From: Planctomycetota bacterium
GTDB lineage: Bacteria; Planctomycetota; UBA8108; SXIK01
Assembly: GCA_965223265.1 (NCBI GenBank)
Contig: OZ244999.1
Span: forward strand, 1,056,001 to 1,120,000
Direction: 5' to 3'
DNA: 64,000 bases
A model generated the notes under the pieces. It ran no database searches. It was not told the DNA's origin and saw nothing but the letters and a program-made list of their open reading frames with translations. This document shows, piece by piece, positions 39,243 through 49,562 of this stretch; the first letter of the stretch is position 1; each line of letters begins with the position of its first letter. The translations under genes and the position numbers were made by a program.

Positions 39243-40403
39243 GAAAGGCCGTGGGGGCAATATGGGGGCATCAGGTTGACCGGGATCGTCCTCATCCCGA
39301 CCGGAATCGTCCCCATCCCCGCCGAGGACCATCCGACCGACGCTCTCCGCGATTCGGGCGAGCCCGTCCTCTTGGGTCCTGGCGTAGGTCTTCATGGTGA
39401 TTCGTGGATCGGAGTGGCGGAGCAGCGACTGGGCCTCTTTGACGTTCGCCCCGGCGTTGACCACCAGCGTCGTGTAGGCGACCCGACAAGCGTGGAAATC
39501 GACCTTGCCCTTCCCGGAAACACGCTTTTCAATGCCCGCCCGGACGAGATCCACGTCGAGTTCGCGAGCGGGGTGGCTCGGAACGTAGAGCAGCGGGTCC
39601 TCGGGACCTTTGTCGGCGGACTCGACCCGAAGTCGTTCCACTAGCTTCTGGGGTAGTGGCTGAAATCCTTCCTTCCGGTTTTTCGTCCATGCAGGGTCGA
39701 GACTCAGCCCGGATCGTTCGGTGTCGAGGTGCTGCACTTGAAGCTGACGCAGTTCGTTTGCGCGGAGCCCGGTGCAGAACGCGACTTCCAAGAGTAGACG
39801 ACGCACTGGTGGCGCGACCGCCAACAGGCGCTGAATCTCCTCTTGGGTCAGCGCCCTGCGTTCCTCCTGTGGCGTTGTGTCGATCGGGGCAAGATTCTTC
39901 AGTGGATTTTCCGCGAGAATCTGTCTTTCGACACACCAGACGCAGAACGCAACGATCGTTTCGGCATAGTTCGATAGCGTCTTGCCGGTGGAGCCCGTTT
40001 CCATCAGCGCTTGGAGGGCTTCCTCTACCCGGCCGAGAGCACCCTCAAGATCCGAGACGCACCTCAGCTCCAGTCGGTCGTTCCACCATGAAAGCTGACT
40101 TCTTCTCTTGCGCGTGTGTTCGGACGCCCAGGGTCTACCATATCGTCCACCCTGGGTTTCACCCCACGCGAGATAAGCGGCGGACGCTTCGTCGAACGGG
40201 CGGTCTTTCGGCTTGGGTCGAGGAAGGTGTCCGCTTCGGATCGCGGCCTGTTTCGCTTCGATCTTCGCGGCGATTCTCTCGGTCTCTGTCTTTGACGTTG
40301 TGCCGGTTCCCTTGCGTTTTCGACCTTGCCAGTCGCGATACTGAAAACGCCAGCGGGGGTGAGGTTTGCCGTTCTTGTTGTGGGTTCGGTGCACGTAAGC
40401 CAT
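39126..40403 (-). CDS. Tyrosine recombinase/integrase 2 (homolog of integrase 1)
   Basis: TGLRANEL, TKNRK, DFHACR, RHSDP..TMKTY. Confidence 0.93.
   Translation of the reverse strand: MAYVHRTHNKNGKPHPRWRFQYRDWQGRKRKGTGTTSKTETERIAAKIEAKQAAIRSGHLPRPKPKDRPFDEASAAYLAWGETQGGRYGRPWASEHTRKRRSQLSWWNDRLELRCVSDLEGALGRVEEALQALMETGSTGKTLSNYAETIVAFCVWCVERQILAENPLKNLAPIDTTPQEERRALTQEEIQRLLAVAPPVRRLLLEVAFCTGLRANELRQLQVQHLDTERSGLSLDPAWTKNRKEGFQPLPQKLVERLRVESADKGPEDPLLYVPSHPARELDVDLVRAGIEKRVSGKGKVDFHACRVAYTTLVVNAGANVKEAQSLLRHSDPRITMKTYARTQEDGLARIAESVGRMVLGGDGDDSGRDEDDPGQPDAPILPPRPFSPPNEKVPTESAAGTSVDHKMVEAGGIEPPGRVSSDSR
39154..39181 (+). other. ssrA: tmRNA 3'-end fragment (att core)
   Basis: GGGGGTTCGATTCCCCCCGCCTCCACCA (T-arm + acceptor + CCA) with no RNA gene body upstream; antisense reads MVEAGGIEPP. 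Confidence 0.8.
39197..39230 (+). terminator. Terminator following the tmRNA fragment
   Basis: AAGTCCCAGCCG-loop-CGGTTGGGACTT-TTTC. Confidence 0.7.
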
Positions 40404-40512
40404 TGGAATGATCTCCTTCTCAGATGATGTTACTCGAAGCAGGTAAGTGGAGACTGTTCTGACTGAAGGCAGGACGATGAGAGCGCTACGCGGATCGTGA
40501 AGGGGAACGCGA

Positions 40513-40779
40513 TCACAGGAGAGCATCGAGTTTCCCGGATAGATGTCCTGACTTCCGGGCAGCGTCTTTTGAACGGTCGTTCAGGTACTGGAGGACCGTG
40601 CCGGCGTTCCAGACTTTCTTACCGCCGAGCCTAATACCCGCTGGGATCTCGCAGCGACTGATCATTCGTCGGATCGTTCTCGGTGACACGCCAAGCGCGT
40701 TTGCGAGGGCTCTAAGATCGAGGAAGCGGTCCTCGGGCTGCTCGGCGAACTCCGTAATGACCAAGGGGGGCTTTTGCAT
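40513..40779 (-). CDS. Excisionase / AlpA-like HTH
   Basis: FLDLRALANALGVSPRTIRRMISRCEIPAGIRLGGKKVW. Confidence 0.8.
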   Translation of the reverse strand: MQKPPLVITEFAEQPEDRFLDLRALANALGVSPRTIRRMISRCEIPAGIRLGGKKVWNAGTVLQYLNDRSKDAARKSGHLSGKLDALL

Positions 40780-41007
40780 GGGATTCCTCCGTGAGTTGAT
40801 GGTATCGATGCGTCTTGTGACGAGTCGATCGGAGCTTTCGTCGCTCGCGATCAGTACGAACCATTGTCACGGCGACTACGGAACGGAATAATCCCGATAT
40901 GATTATTCCGGCGTCTGAGTGGCGAACCTCACCAATCCGCAGACGTTGCAGAATGCCTCGGCACGGACGGAAAAAAGACAAGGGACTTGACAGCTCCCAG
41001 AATCGAA

Positions 41008-41829
41008 TTATTCCGACTGTTTCTTTCCGGCTTGACGGTGCCGATGTCGATCGAGAGCCTGCCTTACCTCGTCTTTCGTCATTCGCAAATCCCGCCCCAA
41101 CTCTTCGTACGTGGAGCCCCGTGGCCGCGCGATCCACGCTTTGTGGACTTGTTGGTCTTTCTTGGGATCGGTCTTTCGGGGACGGCCCCGTCGCGTGCGT
41201 CGTGGCTTCGAGAGAGGGCGGCCCTCCTCTCCGGCTTCGCTATAGCGCGGCGCGGCTGATGGAAAAGAAGGAGGGGTTGGCGCTGGCGGACTGCCGCTGC
41301 TTTTCGTCAGTCCCCGCTTTGCCTCGGCTTCAAGCTCGCTCTCATCGTCGCGTAGCCTCTCGCGCATTCGCTTTACTCCGACGGCGAATCGGCTCCACTC
41401 CTTTGGGCATTCGATTCTTTCGGCGACGAAGTGGCTGCGGAACTCCTCTGCGAAGGTCAACTCGTCACCGACGCTCAAGACGGAGTACGCCTTAGTCCCG
41501 ACCAGGCGCCTTGCAGTATCTTTCAATCGTTGGTTGAGATCGTCGAAGCCTGGTTCGTCGAAAAGCTCCGTTAGGTTGCACAAAGCCAACCGCAGTCGTT
41601 CGTAGGCTTCGATCGAGCGCGTCGAGCAGCAAACCTCGAATTCGTCCAGCACCCGCTGGCACCGAGATGCCAGTTGTTCCTGAGCGGAAAGAACGTCTAG
41701 CCGGACGTTGAAGGCGTCGAAGTCGAATGGATCGGACGGGTAATCCGATCTGCTGTGCTTTTCCTGGTTTTCGTCCGAGCTTGACGATTTGTGGGCAGGC
41801 TTCGACATCGGATGAGGTGACCTCGGCAA
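41008..41829 (-). CDS. Hypothetical protein with C-terminal AT-hook/HTH
   Basis: RRGRPRK...TYEELGRDLRMTKDEVRQALDR. Confidence 0.6.
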   Translation of the reverse strand: MPRSPHPMSKPAHKSSSSDENQEKHSRSDYPSDPFDFDAFNVRLDVLSAQEQLASRCQRVLDEFEVCCSTRSIEAYERLRLALCNLTELFDEPGFDDLNQRLKDTARRLVGTKAYSVLSVGDELTFAEEFRSHFVAERIECPKEWSRFAVGVKRMRERLRDDESELEAEAKRGLTKSSGSPPAPTPPSFPSAAPRYSEAGEEGRPLSKPRRTRRGRPRKTDPKKDQQVHKAWIARPRGSTYEELGRDLRMTKDEVRQALDRHRHRQAGKKQSE

Positions 41830-42178
41830 GGTTGAGAACGGACCCTTCTGTTTATCGGCAACCGCGAAAGCCTCTCTCCACTTGATTCCACAATCTGTTG
41901 ACGACAGTCTCGTAAACTTCTTTTCGGCTGCGTTGCTTCGGAGATTTCATTGACGGTCTGTTTCCGAGGTCACCGGAATTGTGTCCCTCGGTTGGAGCCT
42001 CCATTCGGGGGGGACCCGTTTCTACAAGCAGGACCGGATTTGCGGTGTGCCGCGGATCGATGGTCGGGTGTCTGACGTAATTCAGTCGCGCCGCGTCCCG
42101 CTTCGTTGTCGTCTCGTCCTTCCCATCAGAAGCGGTACAATACGCCCTCGGACCCAGGTTGGTTTCGGAGGATATGCA

Positions 42179-43035
42179 ATGCCCCTATCGCCGAAGGATT
42201 TCGGAGCGTCTTTCCAGCAGTTCATGGATCAGATGGCATCGCAGGCCGGACCACAGGAACCGGTCTTTGTGAGTCGGCTCCGAGAGCACTTCGGTACGGA
42301 ACCCACCAGCCTTCCAATCGTCTCGGAAACCTTCGCGGAACATGATCACCCAAATCTTCAGTTAGCAATCGACTCGCACCTAAAAGCCGATGGACGCACC
42401 TCGGAGGTCATCGGCATCATTTCCGAGCACGCCTTCTTCGGCGCAAGCCTCTCGGCGCTCGTCGCACCGACCGGATCTGGTATGTACCGTGGACCTGGCG
42501 CATCGATCGGTCCGGTCAAGTACACGAACATAGCACTCGACGGTGATCGCGTACTGACCTGTGTGCAATGCGGACTGTTTCTCATCGAGGAGGGGGAGAA
42601 GCGTCTGGCGGTGCTGTTGCAAGGGCCAGTCAGGGAACGACACTATCCAAAGGGCACCGTCGAGGTGATGGCGGCAGACAAGACGTTTGGCGAGGAATTC
42701 CTGGCCGAGCTACGAAACTCGATCAGAACGAACAACGTCTACCGGGGGAGAGTGCTCTCGGTCGGTCAGGACGAGCTGATGCGTACCCTGAAGATCGAGT
42801 TTCACCACCTTCCCGAGATACCCCGCGAAGGCATCATTCTCCCAGACGGACTCCTGGACCGGATCGAACGTCAGACAGTTCGGTTCTCAGTCCATAGCGA
42901 GCGCCTACTCCAGCAAGGCCGACACTTGAAGCGCGGGCTCCTTCTCCACGGACCGCCGGGAACGGGGAAGACACTGACTGCAATGTACCTGTGCGGCGCG
43001 ATGGAGGGCCGCACCGTCTTGCTCCTGACCGGACG
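42179..43035 (+). pseudogene. AAA+ ATPase, truncated after Walker A
   Basis: KRGLLLHGPPGTGKT, then runs into a convergent gene without a Walker B. Confidence 0.7.
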
Positions 43036-43045
43036 TCGTGACTGG

Positions 43046-43342
43046 TCAAAGACGCCCGAAACCACAATTAGGGCAGAGAACGCCCATTTCGAAGCTGTCC
43101 GCGACGTTCCGAACAGCAGCGAACCAGCCGCGGGACTTCGCGAATAGTCCGAAGCTGTCATAGGTACACTCGTCGCCTGTTTCGGTCCCGAAGTGTTCGT
43201 TATGAAGGGTCTGTCCGCACTTGTCACAAACGAATAAGTTCCCAGTCAAGAACGCCGCCCACTTGTACTCGTCGTCGCGATCGGAAATCTCCAGATTGAC
43301 CATGTTCGAGGCCTCAGCGGCTAGTTTTTTTCCCTGAGTCAA
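43046..43342 (-). CDS. Small Zn-binding hypothetical protein
   Basis: CDKC...CPNC. Confidence 0.5.
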   Translation of the reverse strand: MTQGKKLAAEASNMVNLEISDRDDEYKWAAFLTGNLFVCDKCGQTLHNEHFGTETGDECTYDSFGLFAKSRGWFAAVRNVADSFEMGVLCPNCGFGRL

Positions 43343-43345
43343 CCC

Positions 43346-43612
43346 TCAGCGGGGCTTTTTCTCTGTGATGTTGGGGAAGTCGAGGGCTCGCTCCGCGTTG
43401 AGCGCGATGAATTTCTGTTGGTCGTCCGGCACATCCGCGTCAAAGAATATCGCCCCCTCGGGGCATTCAGCGACGCACAGGTCGCAATCCGTGCAAGTGT
43501 CAGGATCAATGTAGAGCATGTCCGCGCCCTCATGAAAGCAGTCCACAGGGCAGACGGTGACGCATTCGGTGTGTTTGCAGCCGATGCAGGCTCCGGTCAC
43601 AACGTGTGGCAT
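43346..43612 (-). CDS. Dicluster ferredoxin (FdxA-like)
   Basis: CIGCKHTECVTVCPVDCF...CTDCDLCVAECP. Confidence 0.92.
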   Translation of the reverse strand: MPHVVTGACIGCKHTECVTVCPVDCFHEGADMLYIDPDTCTDCDLCVAECPEGAIFFDADVPDDQQKFIALNAERALDFPNITEKKPR

Positions 43613-43720
43613 GAGCATCTCGCTTTAAGAGTAAAGTCGCGAACGAAATTAGTGCGGCTACATCCCTGAACAGGATCTACCGGCAAATCGGACAGCCTCT
43701 TGCTAAAATAGCTGGGAGGA

Positions 43721-44317
43721 TTGCCAGCCGTGTCCCCGGAAGAACAAACCGATTTTCAGCTCCTCATCCAGCGTGTTCGCGATGGGGATCAGGACGCGGC
43801 CGCGGAGCTCGTCTACCGGTTCGGGCCTCAGATTCGTCGAGTGGCCCGCTTCGAGCTGGCGGCCGCGCGACTGCGACGCATTTTCGACTCGGTCGACGTT
43901 TGGGACTCCGTACTGGCCGCTTTCTTCGTCCGAGCCGCGTCGGGTCAGTTCGAGATCGATACACCCGAGCAGCTCCTGGCTCTTTTGGGGACGATGGTTC
44001 GCAATCGTGTCCGTAACCACGTCGAGCACGAGCAGGCAGCCAAGCGTGACCGCCGCCGACTGGCCGACAGAGCCGTCGATGTCGCGGACCCCATGTCTCG
44101 CGATCCGACTCCCAGTCGCCTTGTCGCTAACCGCGAACTACTGGAAGAATTTTTCCGCCGCCTGCCGGAAGAAGAACGTACAGTTGCGCAGCGTCGAGCC
44201 ACGGGCGCCTCGTGGGAGCAGATTTCGAAAGAGCTCGGCTGCCCCGTAGATACTCTCCGCAAGCGATTGACCCGCGCGTCCGATCGCGTAGCACAGCAGC
44301 TTGGGCTTGCAGGATGA
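43721..44317 (+). CDS. ECF sigma factor (Planctomycete kinase-associated type)
   Basis: RVRDGDQDAAAELV...DSVDVWDSVLAAFF...SWEQISKELG. Confidence 0.9.
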   Translation: MPAVSPEEQTDFQLLIQRVRDGDQDAAAELVYRFGPQIRRVARFELAAARLRRIFDSVDVWDSVLAAFFVRAASGQFEIDTPEQLLALLGTMVRNRVRNHVEHEQAAKRDRRRLADRAVDVADPMSRDPTPSRLVANRELLEEFFRRLPEEERTVAQRRATGASWEQISKELGCPVDTLRKRLTRASDRVAQQLGLAG

Positions 44318-46857
44318 CAGACGATTCACGCAAAGCGTCGGAAGAACTGTTGACGCAATTGCTGGCCGTACAACGTCACAAGTGGTGCGCCGGTGAAAGG
44401 GTCAGCGTTGAGGAGTTGCTCGCACAAGACTCCAGTTTGCTTTCAGACCCAGACGCCGTCCTCGATTGCATCTACGGTGAGTTTCGTCTGCGAGTTGAGT
44501 TGGGTGAATCTCCTGCCTTAGAGGAGTACGTCTCGAGGTTTCCCAATCTTGAACCAGAGATTCGAGACCTCGCCGATGTCCACCGCGAGCTAGGGGGAGG
44601 GAAAGCGCTCGCACCCCTCGACATAGGTACCGTCGTAAACGAACCTTCGTTGCCGCAGCATCTCGATCGCTACGAGCTGCTTGAAGAAGTTGGGCGCGGT
44701 GGGATGGCTATCGTTTACCGGGCAAGCCACCGTGACCTAGGTAGTACTGTTGCCCTGAAGGTGTTCCACGGCCTGCAAGTCTCTGGCTCTGACGCCGCGC
44801 GGCGCATGCACCGCGAAATTGACGCGTTGGCTGCAATTGATCACGCTGGTGTCGTCTCGATCCGAGACGCGTGTTGCACGGGCAACACGCCGTACCTCGT
44901 GATGGATTACGTGGAAGGAAAGGACCTCCGAACTTTGTTGAGCGAGGAGGGACCTCTGTCACCCGAGGCTGCATGCGATTGCATCCGTCAAGCCGCCGTC
45001 GCGTTGGAGGCGATCCACCAAGCGGGTGTCGTTCACCGCGACATCAAGCCTTCCAATCTGATCATCGAAGAGCACGACGCGTCAGATCGTCGCACCGTGA
45101 AGATCCTGGATTTGGGGCTTGCTCGCGTTGTGGACGTTCTCGACGACGAACACCTGACCCGAGACGGTGTCATTCTCGGCACTATCGACTACATTGCCCC
45201 GGAGCAACTCAACGCTCCACACGAGGCAGGACCAGCCGCCGATGTCTTCGCGCTGGGCTGCACGTTGTTTGAGGCTCTGAGTGGGCGGTTGCCCTTCGGC
45301 GACGGCGGTTTCGTCGCCCGGTTGGTCGCCCGCACCACGATCGATGCACCTTCGGTAGCCGACGTCTGTCCGCAGATTCCGAGGTCCCTGGCCGCTGTCG
45401 TTGACCGTATGATTCGACGCGACCCAGTCGAACGATATGCAAGCGCGGGAGCCGTCGCCGCGGCGCTATCGCCGTTCTCAGAAGCCGGTCAAATCTACTC
45501 GCAATGCATTACAGAGCGTAGCGCGCAATCTGCAGTGCGAGTAGCTGACTTGCGAGCCAGCGAATTGAGCGGGATCGGCGACGATCCAAACAGCTTGATC
45601 GATTTGCTGAAGTGGGCGGAAGCCGCTGGCGAGATGGAGGTTGCCTGTCGAGTCGCAGTTCCTCTCGCGAGCTACTGGCACTGCCGAGGGCACGTCGTCG
45701 AAGCAGGCAAAGTCCTCGATCGACTCCTCGACTGCAACCTCGACAAGGTGCCTCCCTTGCTTCGAGCGGGGGTCCTGGTCGCAGTTGCCGCATTGGCCGT
45801 CGCCCGCGGCGAAACCGAAGCGGCGTTGAAAGCGTACGAAAGCGCTCTCTCGATTGCACGACGCTGCCGAAGTCCCGCGGCTACGGCTGCTGTCCTCGCG
45901 GACTTAGGAATTCTCTACAGGGCGCGTGGTAATCAAGATCTCGCGCAGACAGTTTGTCGTGGGAGCATGGTCCTGCAACGGGAGTTTGCGATCGAACGCC
46001 ACTTGGCAAGCGTGCTTAACACACTTGGAAACCTGTACTTCGATCGGGCAGAACTCGACAGGTCGAGGAGCTGCTTTGAGGAGGCCCGAGCTCTCAGCGC
46101 GCGACTCGGACGGCGGGAGTGGGAGGCGCATCACATCGTTAACCTCGGCCGTGTCGCACAGGAGCAAGGGAGGATCAGCGAAGCGGTGTCGCTGGTCGGC
46201 GAGGGTCTGAAGATTTACCGCGAGATTGGAAGCGCGGCGGGCGAGGCATTCGCCCAGACAAATCTTGGGTCTCTCGCGTGCGAACGCGGTGAAATTGACG
46301 ACGCACGGCGACAGTTCGAGTACGCGCACAAGCTGTTCAGTGATCTTGGAGACCGTCGTGGGTTGGCAATCACGCTCAACAACCTCGGGCATGTTTCGCA
46401 TGCCGCGGGCGAACTGATTCAAGCTCGCACATACTACGACGAGAGCGCGGCACTCCTCGATCCCGAACAACCTGTGTGGGGGACGATATCCCTCAACCGT
46501 GCGCGTTGGGCTCAAAATACCGGTCGTTCCGACGAGGCCCGAAGATTCGTAGCTAGCGCGCTGCAGAGTCTCATGAGCCCGATTCGACCCCTACGCCTGG
46601 TGGCGACACTAGAGTTTGTCGCTGAACTCTGGATGGAACGCGACCCGGCGAAGACCTGTGAGCTCCTCGGCACCGCAGTCGCCGTCCGAGAAAGAGCTGG
46701 CGCAGCGGTACTACCGTCGCGACGAGAAGGTCTCGACCGGATACACGAGTCTTGCAAGAAACAACTCGGTGCAGAGAAGTACCGAGAGCTTCTCGACAGC
46801 GGCCGTGCGTGCGAACTCCACGAAGTAGTGGCGCGTGTGACCGGCGTAGCCCCGTAA
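44314..46857 (+). CDS. Ser/Thr protein kinase with TPR repeats
   Basis: GRGGM, HRDIKPSN, DLGLA, GTIDYIAPEQ; TPR motifs LNTLGNLY, LNNLG. Confidence 0.92.
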   Translation: MTDDSRKASEELLTQLLAVQRHKWCAGERVSVEELLAQDSSLLSDPDAVLDCIYGEFRLRVELGESPALEEYVSRFPNLEPEIRDLADVHRELGGGKALAPLDIGTVVNEPSLPQHLDRYELLEEVGRGGMAIVYRASHRDLGSTVALKVFHGLQVSGSDAARRMHREIDALAAIDHAGVVSIRDACCTGNTPYLVMDYVEGKDLRTLLSEEGPLSPEAACDCIRQAAVALEAIHQAGVVHRDIKPSNLIIEEHDASDRRTVKILDLGLARVVDVLDDEHLTRDGVILGTIDYIAPEQLNAPHEAGPAADVFALGCTLFEALSGRLPFGDGGFVARLVARTTIDAPSVADVCPQIPRSLAAVVDRMIRRDPVERYASAGAVAAALSPFSEAGQIYSQCITERSAQSAVRVADLRASELSGIGDDPNSLIDLLKWAEAAGEMEVACRVAVPLASYWHCRGHVVEAGKVLDRLLDCNLDKVPPLLRAGVLVAVAALAVARGETEAALKAYESALSIARRCRSPAATAAVLADLGILYRARGNQDLAQTVCRGSMVLQREFAIERHLASVLNTLGNLYFDRAELDRSRSCFEEARALSARLGRREWEAHHIVNLGRVAQEQGRISEAVSLVGEGLKIYREIGSAAGEAFAQTNLGSLACERGEIDDARRQFEYAHKLFSDLGDRRGLAITLNNLGHVSHAAGELIQARTYYDESAALLDPEQPVWGTISLNRARWAQNTGRSDEARRFVASALQSLMSPIRPLRLVATLEFVAELWMERDPAKTCELLGTAVAVRERAGAAVLPSRREGLDRIHESCKKQLGAEKYRELLDSGRACELHEVVARVTGVAP

Positions 46858-46890
46858 ACCGAAATCGCTAGCGAGACATTTGGTGCGCCA

Positions 46891-47337
46891 ATGAAGATCG
46901 ATGCAGCCGCCCGAATCTTCACGAGCCACTATCAGATCGTCATCTGCGACGATCCTGCCGCTTTCACCGAAGAGTCGAATTGGGGTGAGGGCGATGTCGC
47001 GCGAGGCTTCGCAGGAAACGACCACTTCCGGATGGTTGGAACCGAGGCCGACCTCAACGATCATTGGGTAGAAGTCCAGTTTTCCGCGGAGGCGCCGTCG
47101 GGCGGGCTCTCCGGCGAGTCAACACCATGTCCAGCTTCGACGAGGATGGCGATAGTGTTCGTAGGGTTGAATCGTGGTTCTGGGACAGTCGGCCCGCCCC
47201 TCGAGCTCACAGCCGATTTCAGTACTCTCCAACCACGAATACACAACTTCGAGCCGACAACTTGTCAACACGAACGCGCCCCCATAGGATGGCCGCTGCC
47301 GATAGTGAGCGGCCTCAGGACCTTCCGCGCAAACTGA
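46891..47337 (+). CDS. Hypothetical protein, possibly truncated
   Basis: Protein-like N-terminal ~70 aa, remainder doubtful. Confidence 0.35.
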   Translation: MKIDAAARIFTSHYQIVICDDPAAFTEESNWGEGDVARGFAGNDHFRMVGTEADLNDHWVEVQFSAEAPSGGLSGESTPCPASTRMAIVFVGLNRGSGTVGPPLELTADFSTLQPRIHNFEPTTCQHERAPIGWPLPIVSGLRTFRAN

Positions 47338-47386
47338 ATCGAAAACCCATCGAGGCGTTGGCCACAAAGAAAGACAGGATTTCTCC

Positions 47387-48643
47387 ATGACGACCACGTT
47401 GTTTCCGAGAGTCGTCCCGATGGTACTGTTTCTCGGTTTCGCCGGCAGCGTCGTCCTGTCGAATGAGCGATACGACCATCGCGCCGAGGTGAGAATCGAC
47501 TCGCGAACGACGATCGTTTCGCCGGATTCCGGACTGATTCTGAAGCGGGCGATGCTCGGCATGCGAACACATCCGGACGGCTCGATTCTCCTCTGCGTGC
47601 AGACCCTGCCGGTCCTGCTTCGAAGCACTGACCAAGGGAAGACCTGGACACAGCTCGAGGTGAAACTGCCCGGCAACCCCGAGAAGGCTGTCTTCAACGG
47701 GTTAGGCATCAGTCGCGACGGCCGCGTCTGGCTCATGCACCAGACCGACTCCAGCGGCACGGACCTCTTTGTGTCCGTGTCCCGCGAAAAGCGGGGCGCC
47801 GAGCTCACCTGGACGACCACCCAAATCGACTATACAAAGTTCGCTCCGAAGCCGGACCAGCCTTACACTTCCTGTCCCAACGACTACAACACCTTCTTCG
47901 AGCGACCAGACGGCACCATGGCGCTGGCTATCGGCCTGCGTTACGACGACCACGGAGATTATCAGCAAGAGGACTCATCGCGTCCGGGCTTTCACGAGAC
48001 ACTTATCCGCTCAAGCGATGGCGGGAAGACATGGGGTGATCCGACGGAGGTTCACCAGCACGTCGCGGAGACCTGTTTCGCGGTTGATCCGGCGGACCCG
48101 GATCATGTTTTCGCCATGACTCGCAAGCAGCGAATGCTCTTGCGCGGCGAGGACCCGGCCACCGTGGCGAGGCAAGCGGGCGTGCCCGTCAACACCGGCT
48201 GGCCATGGAAGGGCGCCATTCTTCTCGAATCGCACAACGGTGGACGCACGTTTCACGAAGTACCCGCGAGCTACCTCGGCTACTACAGTCACCGCGGCAC
48301 GATGCTGTGGACGGAAGACAACGTGATCGTCGCGCCTCACACCGCCGCCGGCCCAACCGACTATCGGCTGGTGGTCAATATCAGCCTCGATGGCGGCGAG
48401 ACGTGGGTCGACGGGACCGAACACGGCGCCCCGGCGATGACTGACGCCAGGGATTTCGAACTGGTTCCCGATCCTCCTGGATTCTCCTTTATGACGCCCA
48501 CGGTCGAGCTCTCGCGGAATCATTTCCTGACCGTATATTGCCAGGGCCACCCGCAGAAGACGGTGATGGGCGTGTTCTGGCACGTCGAGGCTCCGAAAAA
48601 GAAGACCGTCCGCGGGACTCTTACCCCGCCGACGAACGGCTAG
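47387..48643 (+). CDS. Secreted sialidase-like/BNR-repeat protein
   Basis: Signal peptide; Asp-boxes STDQGKTW, SSDGGKTW, SHNGGRTF, SLDGGETW. Confidence 0.85.
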   Translation: MTTTLFPRVVPMVLFLGFAGSVVLSNERYDHRAEVRIDSRTTIVSPDSGLILKRAMLGMRTHPDGSILLCVQTLPVLLRSTDQGKTWTQLEVKLPGNPEKAVFNGLGISRDGRVWLMHQTDSSGTDLFVSVSREKRGAELTWTTTQIDYTKFAPKPDQPYTSCPNDYNTFFERPDGTMALAIGLRYDDHGDYQQEDSSRPGFHETLIRSSDGGKTWGDPTEVHQHVAETCFAVDPADPDHVFAMTRKQRMLLRGEDPATVARQAGVPVNTGWPWKGAILLESHNGGRTFHEVPASYLGYYSHRGTMLWTEDNVIVAPHTAAGPTDYRLVVNISLDGGETWVDGTEHGAPAMTDARDFELVPDPPGFSFMTPTVELSRNHFLTVYCQGHPQKTVMGVFWHVEAPKKKTVRGTLTPPTNG

Positions 48644-48864
48644 TGCGCCGCGCGACTGAGGACATGACGAGGCGACCTCGAGTTCACACTCCTTCTCGCG
48701 TCTCCACGGTCGAAAGCGGGGTGGGGGAGTCGCGTATTTTGTTCGGTGATATAGAAGCCGACGACTGCTGCGAGAAACAGCGCGGACTTAGAGCGCGTCG
48801 CCGAACGGATGATCGCCGACCTCGGCCTTGCGTCGGTGTTCGGTGGCCTTAGGATCGGACTGTG

Positions 48865-49281
48865 CTACTGCAGGTTGTGCACCACGAGTCCGGGCACACG
48901 GTCGAAGTGTCGAGCGTTGCTCGTGGCGACATGGTCACCACGCGACAGTGCCGTACAAGCGATCAGCAAATCAGAGGTTGCGATCCTCTCACCTGCTGCG
49001 CTCAACCTGGCATCGATTTCCCCAAACACGCGCATCACCGCAAGTGAGATCGGTACCGTCGGTATCGCCGAAAGCACTGCCTCAACGAATTCCTCACGCT
49101 GGGCGCGACGGGCGGCGGTGTCGGCGCGCCAGCAACCGTGGAAGAGTTCTCCTGCGCTCATCACAGAGATCGCCAGTTCGATATCCCCGAATCGATCGAT
49201 GAGGTCCCGAACGAGCTGCTCGGGAGTCTGACGACGGCGTTCTGCATAAATGAACGCGGTGGAGTCGATCAGGAGTCCCAC
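48865..49281 (-). CDS. vapC: PIN-domain toxin
   Basis: LIDST, SAGEL, DLLIACTA, ATSNARHF. Confidence 0.9.
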   Translation of the reverse strand: MGLLIDSTAFIYAERRRQTPEQLVRDLIDRFGDIELAISVMSAGELFHGCWRADTAARRAQREEFVEAVLSAIPTVPISLAVMRVFGEIDARLSAAGERIATSDLLIACTALSRGDHVATSNARHFDRVPGLVVHNLQ

Positions 49282-49562
49282 GAGGGTCGGTCCTCCGCCG
49301 GCTCGCTTGAGAGCACATCTAGAAGGTCGTTGCCGAACTCATCGTCCAGTACGACCGGTGTGCGTCCGCGAAGCAAAGCAAGACACTCGGAGGCCCGTCG
49401 ACCATCCAGCCGTGGAGGGGTCATCATGCAGACATCTCGGCCGTGGCGATGCACGATGAAGTGTCGACCCGCCTCTATCTGATCCAGGATTTCGGAGAAC
49501 GACCGGCTGGCTTCCGTTGCGGAAACTCGATTCTCAGCTGGGATATCTGATTTTTCTTCCAT
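49269..49562 (-). CDS. Phd/YefM-family antitoxin
   Basis: VSATEASRSFSEILDQIEAG..FIVHRHGR; upstream of vapC. Confidence 0.85.
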   Translation of the reverse strand: MEEKSDIPAENRVSATEASRSFSEILDQIEAGRHFIVHRHGRDVCMMTPPRLDGRRASECLALLRGRTPVVLDDEFGNDLLDVLSSEPAEDRPSWDS

